From contig NC_045138.2 of assembly GCF_008831285.2 (NCBI RefSeq), positions 34,348,001-34,412,000 of the forward strand: 64,000 bases of DNA. The letters are read 5' to 3'. Under the pieces are notes generated by a model. That model saw only the letters and a program-made list of their open reading frames with translations, ran no database searches and was not told the DNA's origin. The stretch comes from Nymphaea colorata (Eukaryota). This document shows, piece after piece, positions 1-13,263 of the stretch. Every line of letters starts with the position of its first letter. Within the stretch, counting starts at the first letter, position 1. A program made the translations under genes and the position numbers.

Positions 1-3000
1 CTTGGGGGTTGGACCGGCGAGAACGTGAAGTTCGAGCTCCCGCCGGAACTCACGAAGAACGTCGTCTTTCTGGAGTGCGAATCATCGGCTCCCGGGGGGG
101 TCTGCCGGATCTGTTTGGTTGGAACTGCTCACGTGTCGAAGGTAATGTTCTGCGGATTTCTCTTGTGCCCTTGTCAATAGTCACAGCGCCTGTTTACTGG
201 CCTTTATAAGCCTTTAGGGGAGTATAGTTCGTCGTTCTAATTGATATTGCTCAATGTGTTTTCTCCCACCGATGTCCGATATACTGGAAATTAGATGTGC
301 GTGTGGATTTCTTGTTAATTGGCGATTCCACTTAAACCGGAATTGCAGTTCAGGTTGAAGGCGCGATTTACTCCACTTCTTCTCGCGGCATTCTGGGCTG
401 TTTGTCCATACGCTTTCACGGCAGTCAGTTTTTCTCCGACTAACAAAACTTTGATTTGTGCTCGGCAGTAAATCGTGAAACAAATTATTGGCAATCCGTT
501 GTGAGTGAAATTGTCGGGAAGCTGATGTCATGATCTTATAGGAACAGCCAAACTTAAGGCTCTTAGAACTTTTTTGGGTTGAATGATCCTACTTAAATTT
601 AGAAATATATATTTCCAGAAGATTGAGGTAGCTTCTGCAACGCCTTGCAACCCTATCTCATGCATACAAATCTTGGTAATTTGTGTTATGTAAAGTGTAA
701 AGAATTGATGCCCAAAGAATTCCAATGTGGTTGTCTGTGGTACGTTGTGTTGCTTTGCTTAAGTTGATTGGTCATCTTCGGGCTGCTCTAAGATGGCGCT
801 TCAATTTGCACCCGAGTTCTCTGGCTCTATTCAGATATTTTAGTCAAGTGTTTATCAAATTCATTTAATAGGTTATCCGTTATTCGAAGTAACGAATGGG
901 CAAATGGATGAAAATTTGTTAATTGCCCATTCCCTAGTAGTGAATAGCCAACGTGCTTTTGATACTACTTTCATTTCAATAATTTCATGTGTATGACACG
1001 TTAATGTGACTGCAGGAATCATGCGATGAAGTTCAAGCGATCATCAATCTCTTGAAACCGCAGGTGCTTCCCTCTTCAAACTCTCCACTTGATTGACCGA
1101 TGGATCATTTAGCAGGTTAGCTGCCTGCATTTAGGTAATTTTTGGTTTTGTTCCTTCAATGCAAAATTCATGAAGATGTTTGCTGCAGGTGGTCTTTTTG
1201 GAGCTATGCTCAAATCGGGTAGCCTTTTTATCTCCCAATGTTCAGGTACCCACATCTCCTCCCTGGTGGACCCCTTTTATTGATCTGTTTTTATCGGTCA
1301 TTTACAGTATTTCAGCAGAGTAATCGCTTTGATTTTTCTGTTTTTAGTACTTCAAGGTACGTTATTGTTGTATGAATTACTTTTGATAACTAATTTGTTT
1401 CTGTTTGTTTAAAAGAACTAACCTACAGGGCCTTCTTGTTGAACCTTTTGAATTTGCAAATTTGCTACGTGTGCATGGTCAATTATTTTCAACAACGGTG
1501 ACTGCACAACTTACCGTTAAAACGTTTTCACATGCGAATGGAGCACACACCATTCCCACATGATATTTTCTTGTTCTGCTTATATTTTCTCTGCTGTCAT
1601 TGCATTGGACTGATTGTGTTCCATTTAAATTTCAGCAAGTCCAGTCACTGCGGGAAATGGTTGATATATGGAAGAAAGGGGAGATGAATCTTTTTGGACT
1701 TCTCTACAGTTGGTTCTTTTCCAAGGCAATGCTATTTCCATGTCATGGCTATAGGTTCTTATTATTTCCGTCAATGACAAGTTTAGATGTTAAGGTTTTA
1801 CATTCTTTGTGGATTTTATTCCATTTGTTCAGCTGGGTCTACTATTTATGTTTTTCTTTCGGACCGAAACATTGTATGTTGCAGGTCGCAAACCAACTTG
1901 AAGTGACACCTGGTGCTGAGTTCCGTACAGCTTATGAAGCAGCAATTAGTTACGGGGCAAGGGTTATACTCGGTGATCGTCCTATCAAGGTAATCTGATG
2001 ACTTTTTGTTGGTTGTGGAGGTGAATATTCTGGAATGTTTGGGATCTTATATTGCTTAGACATAGAGAAAAAGAGTAGGTGGGCCTTTTCCCTGCCCTTT
2101 CAGTCTTTTCTGGCATTTCCAATGAAGCGCTGGTGGTGATCATGAAATTGTTGTCATGGTTATAAGTAACTGCAAACAACTTCGTTTTTTATTTAGAAAA
2201 TAAGAAAATAACTTCCACCACAGTCTGGGAATCAGGTTCTTATATTTATAGCTCGAAAATGAGATTGGGGTCCTAATATGTATCTTGGAGTACTGTTTTG
2301 TCTCTTGAGCATCCCATATTCTATTTATATGCATTTTTCTTGTATGGAGAATCGAGTTGATCATTTATTTAGTCAGTTTTCCAATGGATGTTAATTTTGG
2401 TACATTCAGTTCACTCAATAATTCATCTTCCGCAGAGTATTCTGTAGTGCATCTTTGGTTGCTCATGCGTGTACTTCTGTTGGCTTTTTAACTAGGTGAC
2501 ATTGAGAAGAACATGGGGACTGATGCCTTTGTGGCAAAAAATAAAGCTTCTGCTGCACATGTTTTTCCAAGGAATCTGTTTACCAGGTGCAAAAGATCTC
2601 AATGACATGGTCAGTATGGTCTTTGATTATTTCCTTGGATTTGTGATTTCAATTCTATAGGTTCTAACATAGTCTTCTGATTAAGATTAGATATTTTCAG
2701 CTGTTTAACCATTCACAAATAACTGATGGTCTGTCAGTTAATTGTTTGTGGACAGGATCATTTGGTTTTGCATATTTGTTCATAAAACCGTGGACCAAAA
2801 TTGAAATTGGTCAGAACTTTCTCAAACAAGAAACGGTTTTTTTTTTCTTCTTGTTTTTTGAAAACATCTCGTGTTGAAATAAGCCCTAATTAGGTCAACA
2901 TTTCATACTACGAAGTGCATCCCTTCAATATAGATGCAACAACCATCTCATTGGTGAAATTTGGTGAAAGCAAAATGCCTGAATGCCCTTATATTCAGTC

Positions 3001-4037
3001 AAAAGGTTTCTATTCATGGATCTTGTACTTTTCAAAGATAATCACTTGATATTTTCATCAGCTGAAGGCAATGGGTGATGTTGACATGTTCACATTTGTG
3101 GTTCAAGAAATGAGCAAGTCTTACCCAACATTTATGGAGACCATTGTTCATGAACGTGATCGGTAGTACATTGTTTTCTGCTTTTCCTTCAGTAATTTAT
3201 TATTTTTTATTGTGAACTTCGTTTAGCATATTTTGTTTACCTTGAGTTTACATGACCTTTGGGTTATTTACTGCCCATTTCATTTTATTGCTTCAGGTAT
3301 ATGTCACATACATTGTTACGGGTTGCAAGTAGCCATAATTCTGTTGTGGGTGTTGTTGGCAAGGGTCATTTACCTGGAATTAAGGAGCACTGGAAGCAGC
3401 CCATTGAGGTAAGCAATCCTATTTTATTTAAGGAATTCCTTTTCTTCCTTAAATTGCTAATGATGCACTGATGTCCTCTTCAAAGTTAGATTTACATAAT
3501 GTTAAACCAGAAATAATTTAACTGTTGGTTCTGTGTCCTTTGTTTGGTTCGTTAGAAATTCAAGCGAGTCTTTATGTTAAAAGGTTGTAGTAACCAGACA
3601 AACATTAATGATTGTGATACCCAATTGACGTATGGTGCATCACTGAATATGGCATGCCCTAGCAGTGTGGATTCAGTCGTTTTTGTTCTTCTCTTTGTTA
3701 TATTTCAGAATGCCACCTTTCTTTGATATACCCAAGAGTTGGTATGACTTTGTTTTTTTAAAAAAAAGGAGGTGGTTATGGAGGAACTGCTGTTTACTGT
3801 AAAAACTAAAAAGTTGGTGTCAGCTTGCGCTTTTTTGTAATGGGCCTTCAATATGTGTTCTCCTGAGGCACACTTCTTATGTTGTTTTTCGTTGTTCCTG
3901 ACTGGCAGATGTCTGATCTGTTGGCAATCCCAGAAAGCATATCATGTTGGTCATCCAAGAAATTGTGGACCACCGTTGGCATTGCAGTTGTTGGGGTGGC
4001 TGTTGCTTCTGGTTACTTTCTTGCCAGCAAGAGGTAG
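1..4037 (+). CDS. TraB domain-containing protein, 5'-partial (start upstream of window); exons <1-141, 1016-1063, 1189-1245, 1636-1725, 1885-1989, 2496-2609, 3062-3162, 3297-3408, 3909-4037
   Basis: Manual splicing keeps frame and gives plant TraB motifs LVGTAHVSK, VVFLELC, PGAEFR, ILGDRPI, TLRRTWG, IVHERDRYM, VVGVVGKGHLPGI and a C-terminal hydrophobic tail (TVGIAVVGVAVASGYFL) before TAG 4035-4037. Introns are GT-AG except intron 4 (GC at 1726-1727). Confidence 0.92.
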
Positions 4038-7000
4038 ACAGGGTGATTACAGGATCCTTTCTCTTCCAGCAATTGGTTCTTACATATTACTTCTTTTTTC
4101 TTCTTGGAAGTTAATTTTGTACATTTTTAGCCAAGTGCATAAAATTTTCAGCTGGTCACTGATTCATAACTTGTTAAACTTGCATTTGCACTGTCTTGTG
4201 CATTCTGGATGTGCTTGGACAGAGTGCTGTAGAGTGACTAATCTTGTGAAATTTCATTTTACATCCATTTGTTCTTGATCTGGGTTTAGGTTGAGACAGG
4301 GTTATGGATGGACTGATAATGGAAAGTGTTGGTTGTGTATTTACCTGTTCGCGTGAAATTTGGTTATTCTGGCTAATAAGTACAGGTTTCTTTCTCTTGG
4401 CCTGGAAAACCAGGTGTTCGTGATGAAGCAAGTGTTGGCCTATGTACGACGCATTAAAAAATGTATCTGCGAAAATCACTGTTGGTACCAATACATAAAA
4501 TGTATCTATGAAAATCAATATTGGTACTTTGATACGTTTATGGTCAAAGGCTTTGAGTTGGCAAGGCCACCACTAATCTGCTGCAAGTACTTCCCAACAA
4601 ATTCTCTAGGTCGGAAGGGTGAAGACCACGGGGAAAATTACACACAGGACCGAGTTTGTGGAGTATCTCGTTTAGGTCATTAACTGCCTTGTGTTACTTC
4701 AAAGGACATCTAGTTAGAAATCCTCAGTCATCCCCCCCAAAATGCGAACTTACGCATCCGTGGGAAAACCTTCTTTCACGTACATGAAAAACGTTGCTGA
4801 TTGTGAGTAGTATCTTGTTGTAAGTTGATTGCTTTACCAGGCTGTTTATGATAGAAGGAAAGCAGGCACACAACTCACACAGCAGGAGAAATGCTAAACC
4901 GAGTGCTTGCTTTTTAAGATCGATGTTGACGTCCTAATTTTTTATGTTCCCGTTCGAAACCCTTGTTTCGTAAAACGCATATCTTGTTGTCACGATTCAG
5001 GGGAAAGGAAGCATAATCGTCAATGGAAAGGCTTGCTAGTAGTCTGCAAATACTTGGAGAAGTTAACAAAAGGGTTTCCCAAGGCTTGGAGGCCAAAGTG
5101 GCATTGACGGACTGCGCTTGAGTTTATGTCGGTATTCCGGAATTGTTCTGTGATGTTCAGCTTTGTTCAGTTGTATTCTTATGGTTATGGTGAAGCCCGG
5201 TGGCTTGCCCGGCAAATACTGGGCATTTGTGAAAGCCTGACTCAGGCTATAGGTTCCACTGCTCCAGTACTCTCGAATCTCGCCTTGGAAGTTTTATAAA
5301 AATGGGGTCTTCTTTCAGGTTTTTTTATCAATGGAAAAACTCGTTCACATGTAAGCAGGCGATGAGAAATTACCATGTCAAAGATTAGCACATGGTTGCC
5401 CTTCACGTATGCATTGTTTAAGGGATTCATCTTTGGACTTAATTAAGTCTTTTTAAAGGAAAAGAGGCAAAAGAGTTCAATGGCCTGGTGGTGTGTCTGC
5501 AAAGGATGGCCTGGGTATGTAACTTGGAGTAAACTGGTCGAGTTTTATGACTAACCCAGCTTGCATTTGCAAGTCATAAAGAAAAGGCAGAGGAGCTACA
5601 CATCCCCGTAGGGGTAAGTTCTGGTACCTTTGGAATTGGTGCTTCTTAACTACGTGTGTTTATGGGTCCACGTCAATTAGACACGGATCTTTCTTCAAGC
5701 CAACATGGGCAAGAGATGGATGCTCTCCTTCACTCACTTGGCAGTTGGCACAAGTTCTCAGTGCGGCATCATCATTCTAACTTCAGGAATTTGTTCAACT
5801 TCATTACATTGAGGTGTTCAAGAGACGAGACCACTCGCAAACAGTAGAGGCGTAACCACCAGTAGGGTTGTGGCTAAGAGCATGATTCACTGCCAATTGG
5901 TCATATTGACTATCAATATACGAAGACAGGAAAACTTTCAAGACACCAATGCACTGTCTTCAACTCTCCCAAGGCAGATAGGAGAAAGGATAAAGAGTGG
6001 AAAAATATAGGATGGGAGGAAGCATGTTGGTGGTGTTTCCAGAACAATGGCACCTTTAGAAAAGCCACAATTCAGGATAGCCACGCGTTCCACTGTAGCG
6101 CCCGAGCCATTACATTGGGAAGAATGGTGAGTGTCTTCCCAAAATTGGTAATGGGCGCAGCATAATACCGACTGCAGGACCAAAGAGAGGAAACGAGTTA
6201 CAGGAATTTTTTGTTTAATGCTAGAGGACCCAAATACCTAACTGAAAACACTCATGTAGAGATTATAGGAAAACGTTTTCTTTTTTTTTTTTGGAACCCT
6301 ACATACAGAACAGAGAACCTGAAGAGCATCCAATGAAGCGTCAAAAAAGAGAAACAACCAAAAAAAAAAAAATAGAAGAAAGGATTGAACAATAACAACG
6401 GAAGATAGATTAGTGCTCAGACAGCCAAGGGTTTGTCTTCAACCGCTAGATCAGAAACTCTAGTCCACAAACAGTTCCTCATAGCACCAAACCACACAAT
6501 CAAGAGGAAAAATCAAGTGGTAGAAAGAAAAAAACATTGAACCAGATAACGCTATAAAGCAGACTATCTTCAGCAAAGGTAAACCAAAAAAAAAAAACAG
6601 AGAAAGACAGAGTGAAAGGTGAACGAGGAGAAAATAAGAAGAAGAACGTCGGGAAGAAGGCAGCCGACAGTACCAGACGGCACCCGGACGAAGAAGACCT
6701 CAACAAAAAGATGGAAGAGAGGAGTATGGGCGCTGGCGTTAGGGTTGTTGGAAATTTATAGCGAATGAGGAGCGAGGTAGAGCGGGCGGGTCGAGAGTTG
6801 GCGAGTCGATCGTGTGGAATTCCGTATTTCTGGATCCAACTCAATCCAGATCCGGTAATGAACACAGAACACATTCCAATTACGGCCGGCACGGGTAAGA
6901 GGGTTTTATTTGGTATCTTAGAAATCCAACTATACTTTTTTAACAAATCTGATATAAAAGAAAAAAAAAAAAATAACATGCGATTAAGAAATCAAATCGG

Positions 7001-8966
7001 ACTTAAAAGGACATATCCAATCGGATTCATATTTAAACAAGTATCCGGTTGGATTTGAATCTATTTTTAAATAAACATCCTATACTCGGTGTCTATTATG
7101 TTTTGAAAATCAGTTTGGATTCATTTTAAAAGTCGTATTCGAATATGAAGTTGAAAAATCAGATGTGGATCAGATTTGAATTTATGAACTCAGATTTAGA
7201 TACAGATACGGTATAAATTTTTTTCTTCTTTCGTGTTTGAATCCAAATTAAATTCGATTCTGAAAATGAGAATATCTGAAAAAACGGATATTGATTCGAT
7301 TGGTTGACTTGAAATGCCATTAGGTTTCAGCTTCTCCATCCACCTACTTTTGCGATGCTGCAATTACCTATATGCAATATTGATCTGCCAGTTTTTGAGA
7401 CTTTTGTCGTCATATAAATCAAAATAACCAATATCCATGAAGTAACCAGTTTGAATACGACATGAAAACGAAAAAATGTGAAGTAGGCACTGTTGTTTCA
7501 CTGCATATTTCTTTACGATATTGAGTTGAAATCAATAGAGAAAGATCCCTAATCCTAGTGGACGCGAGCTAGCTTTAGCTTTACGCATGGACTCATTGAA
7601 GAGGCGGAGGCCGCCTTATGCCATAAGATTATGAATAAATTAATTCTCGCCAATGCCATGCCGATACAACAAAGTTCCCTCTCGAGCGTTAGAGTAATCC
7701 TTATATTGACAGGAAATTAACTGAAAATGTCAGGAAAAATGAAAACTATGGAAGGGACACCAAGAAAATGGCACATACCAGAATCCTAAATCCATGATAA
7801 AGGCATTAGTCTCTTATACCACATATCGGATCTGCAAAGAGACATACTTCAGTTCAGCGTGGTGCGTGTATATACATTTGTAAGTTGAGTCAGCCATTAT
7901 AGATAAAACTAACTTAGAGACTCATTACAGTTACAAATGCTTTTGGTTGGAAGGTTTTACAAGAATTAAAAAATTTTGTCTGTCACTGGAGGGGAACTTT
8001 TATAGAGGGGTTTGTCCTTCTTCATTCTCAACTATCAGACTCCATCGTTGTCCAAGGCTGAGAGAAGTATCGGTATCGCTATAACTATTTTCACCCACTT
8101 TTGTGAATCCATCTCTTTCTACAATTAACCAATTTTATAACACCCCACAACACAAAAGGATGATGGTCATAATATTTGGAGACATAGATGAAATCATCTT
8201 AACCTTCAAAAGGTCAGCATAAATATACCGCGGGAATGGTTTTCACCTTACTTTCCTTTTCCTTGAAAAGGACAAACAACCTCACGCTTCACCTACAAGT
8301 ACATCCTCATGTACTTCCAAGTTTATTTCAGGCTGTAATATTAGTTAATAGTATATACATGTGCCGATCTGACATTAATTTAAATGATTCTCTCTAATAT
8401 ATGTATGTATGTGTACATACACATCAGACTTAGCTTGGGTCATCGATTTTAAATAAATTAGATGATGAGGAATAATTGAAAACATAAAAATCAACCTGTT
8501 TTTTCAAAGAAATCTAAATACCCTTTAAAAAATGTATGTATGTATGTATGTATGTGAGAAAGAGAAAAGCAACAAATTATTTTTCTTAAACTAGAAAACT
8601 TGCTTGTTTTGCGGGGTATTTTCTTCTCATTAAAAATAATTTGGTTTTCATATTTTCAATTTAATATTTACCATTAGATTTTCTTATATTATTTATCGGT
8701 AGTAGCTCATATGATTTCTATTGTGTGACATGTAAGGGTGGCAACTTCAAGCAACGACGCTCTCATTGGCAAGATGCGTTGCTTTTGATAAATTTAATCC
8801 TCACGTTGGTGCCGTCCATAGTACGGCTACGCCAAAGGGCGAGGGACGATCCAACCCGACTTGTCTGACTTACCTATCAACTTGAGCTTCAAGGATTGTC
8901 TCGTCAGCCAACTGTCCTTGTCTTTTCGAAATCAAGAGGAAAGAAAAAAAAGGTAAAGAGTGCGAG

Positions 8967-9476
8967 ATGGGGAAGAAATGCACTGCCACAGTCATCGTCC
9001 TCATGGTGCTCATCGGCGCCGTGATGGTGTTTCTCTGGTTCGGCGCCGGCAAGTACCCAAGGTTGAAGGGCAAGGACTTCTACGTCCCCGCCCTCGATCG
9101 CTCCTCCTCCGTCCCCAGCAACAACAACACGATCGTGCTCGTCGTCGAGGTGTTCAACCGCAACATACTCAGCGGCATCTATTACGATGCGGGCGTGAAC
9201 CTGAGCCTCTACTTCGGCCCGGGGCTCGTCGGCCAGGCGTCGATTCCGGCGTTCTACCAGCGCAGCCGGAAGCGGGTGCTGAAGCAAGCGGTGCTTTATG
9301 GGAACGGCAGAGCGTGGGAGGCAGCGCTGCAGGAGGACGTGGAAGGGCAGGTGGGGTTCGAGATGGTGCTGCGGATGAGGGTCAGGTACAAGGGCGCCCT
9401 GTGGAAGAGGCGGACGTATCGTGCCCAGTACGATGGATACGTCCTTGTTGGACGTGATGGCAGGGGAAGATGGTAG
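8967..9476 (+). CDS. NDR1/HIN1-like (LEA_2 domain) protein, intronless, 169 aa
   Basis: N-terminal TM segment, NRNILSGIYYD (NPNxxxGIYYD variant), IPAFYQ, RVRYK; GC-rich coding island; paralogue of 12703-13263. Confidence 0.85.
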   Translation: MGKKCTATVIVLMVLIGAVMVFLWFGAGKYPRLKGKDFYVPALDRSSSVPSNNNTIVLVVEVFNRNILSGIYYDAGVNLSLYFGPGLVGQASIPAFYQRSRKRVLKQAVLYGNGRAWEAALQEDVEGQVGFEMVLRMRVRYKGALWKRRTYRAQYDGYVLVGRDGRGRW

Positions 9477-11169
9477 CTCTCGTTCTATTCTTTCTTCCCT
9501 CAAGGGAGCGGCTGGTTCAAATCTACACACGCAGTTATTAGATCAGGTGATGTGGAGAAAATCGATTTCAGAGTTTGGTTTCCGACTCCTCTGTGCTTGG
9601 GAGGTGGATGGAGAAAGCAACAGATTCAATGAAATTGCACAAGATTTATTGCGATTTTATTTTACAGATCAAGTTGAAGCAGCATGCATATCGAAAGTCG
9701 AAACCAACTTGGTAGATGGTGTAAACAGGAAGGTTTCCTTCTCCGTTGGAAGTGATGAACCAACGGAGAAAGTGAATCGCATCCATATTTAGAATCTCAA
9801 TGACAAAATTCATTTCTTCTGTTTGATTGATGGCACACACACGACTTTCAGTTGCATTTTTCTGTCACTTGGGTCGTCGTGCTTATATTTTCGAGCGAGA
9901 GGGGGAGGGTTTGAGTGAGGAAAAAAATTTTCTCAGAAATCATGCTTATCATCTCCTTTGGAGGGGATGTTCTTTCCGTCGACCTGAGAAAGTATAAGAC
10001 GATGCCTATGCCCTGCTTTCGCTTGCTTTTGGGTTTTAATCAGAAAACAAGGTAGTACCCCTTGACTTTTGTAAATTTTTAAATTTAATTTGGGAAAGTT
10101 GTACCTGTTGACTTTTTGATAATTTTATTTCCTTACACGATTTTTTATTAGAAAAAGAGAAAAATAAAAAGAGCAAAACATAGCACAATAAACCGGTTCT
10201 ACTACACAAGGTGGCGTCAACTAAGGCTGGTAACAAAAGGGCTAGTTGCCTTTGTTACCCCCTTTTGAATTCATATAAATACGAGCGATTTCAAGAGATT
10301 TAGGATGTGGATTTAAAAATTTGACATGAAAAGAGTTTAAGAGGTCAGTCTTTTGAAGGCGATCTGAAAGTTGGGCTGTAAGCTTTGAACGTCAGCGAAG
10401 GGAATGAAAGGGTAAGTGATGGCAATCCCCTACATAATGAATTAAGAGGCGGTCCTTCTCCTTCTCTCTTTCGCCAGAAAGTAGAAGAAAAGCTTTCCAG
10501 TAGAGATATGATCGGAAAACAACAAAAAGACACTTTTCCTAGGTTCATGGGCCAGACGTGACCACCGGTTGGAGGGTTTCTGTGATTGATCCCGTTTTGG
10601 GTGGCAACAATTTATATTTAGATTTTATAAGAAAAAATATTCTTAAATTTAGTTGGCAGAAGAAGAAACCTGGTTTTATCTGCGTCCAAGTATACAGAAG
10701 ATTTTTTTTTTTTTTTTTTCACGCACGCGCATGCACGCTTACCATATCTTTATTGCTTCGACCTTCCCAAATATTTCTAAAACACAAAGCTCTTTTATAA
10801 TCAATACTTGTGATGCATTTATTCTTGGTACTTCACTAAGGCTATGTACGATTTTTAGGCTGATTTTACATTGGATGTAAAACTTGAGCCTTAAAATGTC
10901 TGATGAGGTTTCAATTTTGATTTTCTGCGAATGTAATCCCTTGACGCCTGGTTGGGGTTCTTTTAGTAACGTTGAGTTCATAATATTACGCTTTCACTCA
11001 GTCTCAGCTTATGTCTTGTTAAGTTTTCTCACCACCATCTCGCTTCACTTCTACCTATCCCAGCCAAGGTACTCAAAGAAATCAATTCATTGCTTCTCCA
11101 ATTTTTTGGAGTGATCTACTTTCTTCAAGGCGGAAGAGGTACCATGTCGCTATTTCCACCCTTAATTTA

Positions 11170-11478
11170 CCATATCTGATTCATATATACATTAATATCC
11201 AATAGGATGCAGATTTAGATTTGAATCAGATTTAGTTTTAAATAAATATTCTACATCCAATGCTCTTACACTTTGAAAATTGAGTGGATCCAGTCCAAAA
11301 TTTATAATGAATGCAAAAGTCAGATTTGAGTGAAATCTAGAGTGTGAAATCGGATTTTGGATTTGGATTCAGATATGTTTTTTTTTTCATTCGTATTCTA
11401 ATGCAAATATGTTAATATATGAAAAAGCAATACAATTGAGTGTATATCTGATTCAAATCTAATCCATTGATACCCCTA
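11170..11478. mobile_element. Degenerate hAT-type MITE fragment (one end)
   Basis: Ends in ATCCATTGATACCCCTA with repeated GGAT/ATCC/AGATTT motifs; similar motif-rich tract at ~6820-7300; partner TIR and TSD not found. Confidence 0.4.
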
Positions 11479-12702
11479 CTCACCCAACTCCACCAGTTTC
11501 TTTTTCTTGTCATGGGCTGAGGATCACAAGGGGAATAACACTGCATCTTAAATATATTCCATCTCGGCGAGAACGGGAGATTTGCTCCACCCTCCTGTCA
11601 CGCAATGAGAACTTCATGCACATTGATTCAACCTTGGAAAGGCTCAGTTAAAAGGGAAGTGATGGAAAGATTGATTTCCTACCCGCTTCATCCTTGCCTA
11701 TTTGTTAACAACAACAAGAGATGTTGAAGCTGAGAACGAATTGCAGGTTTTCGGAGGGTTTATCCTTCTGACAGTGTTGAGGGAGCTTGTTTCTAGAAAC
11801 TGGGAGCCCGACACTATTCAGATTCATAAGCTTGGCAGGTTCAAATGGAGTTAAGAAGATTGCAATTGACGCTTCCAAGCCTTTGAAAAAGTTCAAGGGG
11901 CGGATGTGCACTGCATTTAACTTCTTCGTCCTCTCGATAGTTTCAATTTCAAGCATACTGAAGATGAAAAGTTTCAATTAGTTGCCACCCTTCTTCTTCA
12001 TCTGGCAAGAAGGGAAACGTCAGCCGGTGCTTGAGTCGCTACCGCCCTGAGACGGTGTCATGCCTGGAGACCAAAATGACGTTTTGTGTTCATGAAGCCG
12101 CTCTCTGAGATTTTTACTGAAATGTGCAAATGGTAAATTTGCTGAAAATTTTGAAGAAAAATATCAGCAGTAGAGCATTTGCACGCGCTCTTATTAAAGA
12201 GCAAGTAATTTAATAAATAAAACCATGACATACCGTAAACATTGAATGCTTCCAATAAACTCGACTAAAATCTGCCGCTTCGACTCTCTTCTTTTCTGTG
12301 AAAGTTCGTTTTGAAGTCCTCCGTTCTGAGGTGTTCTTAATTCAGCGAATCAGGAATCGTTGTGAGCGCCGGATGGGGAAAGGATCAATCGAAAAAAGTT
12401 GTGGGACCTAGTCCTTAGGATTCTCTATCTGACGCCGCGTACTATTAATTACACAAAGGCTTTCACATATACAAATAGGAAAACTCAAAATAGGAAATGT
12501 GAGACCAGAAAATGAACTTCTGGCCACTTCATTCACTTGTTTGAAGAAGAAAATGTAAAAATGGTTGCACATATACAAATTACATACATTTCGGAAAGAA
12601 GGGAATGCAACAATTCTGAATCAAAGACAGTAAACCAAGTTACCAACGAATAAAGGAAAGAAGAATTACGACGAAGAAGAAAAGAGAATCAATCACTTTT
12701 TC

Positions 12703-13263
12703 TCACTTGAGCCTGACTCCATTCTTGCCCACCCTTTCTCCGTCCGTACCCACCGGGACGTTACCCACGTACTCCCCGGAGTGGTGGCCCGTGTTCCACC
12801 ACACGACCTTGTATCTGACCCACGTCTTCAAAACCACCCGGAAAACCACCTGACTGGCGTTGGAACCCTCCCGCAAAACCGCCTCCCATCCGTCTCCCGT
12901 CCCATTGAACACGGCCTGCTTGTGCGCCGTCTTCTTCTTTCCCTGGTAGAAAGCCGGCAACGGCGACTCTCCGACGAGTCTGGAACCGTTGAACCATAGG
13001 CTGACGTTGAGGCCGTCGTAGTGGATGCCGCTGTCCTTATTGGTGTTCTCCAATTTGATGTCCATGGCGATGGTGTCGTTCCGGGCCGTGCCGTTTCGGC
13101 CACCCTCACCGGCCGTCCGATTGAGCGCCGGCATGTGGAGGGCCGTAACGGAAATCGTGGGCCCTTTTGGTCGGATCGCGAGCCAAGTGAAAAGTGCAGA
13201 GAGGCCCAACAGGAGGAGGAGGGAGAAGCATTCGCAACAGCCACAGCCACCGCCCCTAGACAT
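12703..13263 (-). CDS. NDR1-like protein (NHL/LEA_2), intronless, 186 aa
   Basis: Cys-rich N-terminus GCGCCECF, TM helix, WLAIRPKGP, NTNKDSGIHYD, PAFYQGKKKTAHK, VFRVVLKTWVRYK; NDR1-type layout. Confidence 0.9.
   Translation of the reverse strand: MSRGGGCGCCECFSLLLLLGLSALFTWLAIRPKGPTISVTALHMPALNRTAGEGGRNGTARNDTIAMDIKLENTNKDSGIHYDGLNVSLWFNGSRLVGESPLPAFYQGKKKTAHKQAVFNGTGDGWEAVLREGSNASQVVFRVVLKTWVRYKVVWWNTGHHSGEYVGNVPVGTDGERVGKNGVRLK

Noticed and set aside
5740..5780. ATGATGA...CTGA on the - strand resembling snoRNA boxes C/D
   Set aside because: Boxes are only a few bases apart, with no terminal stem or recognisable guide.
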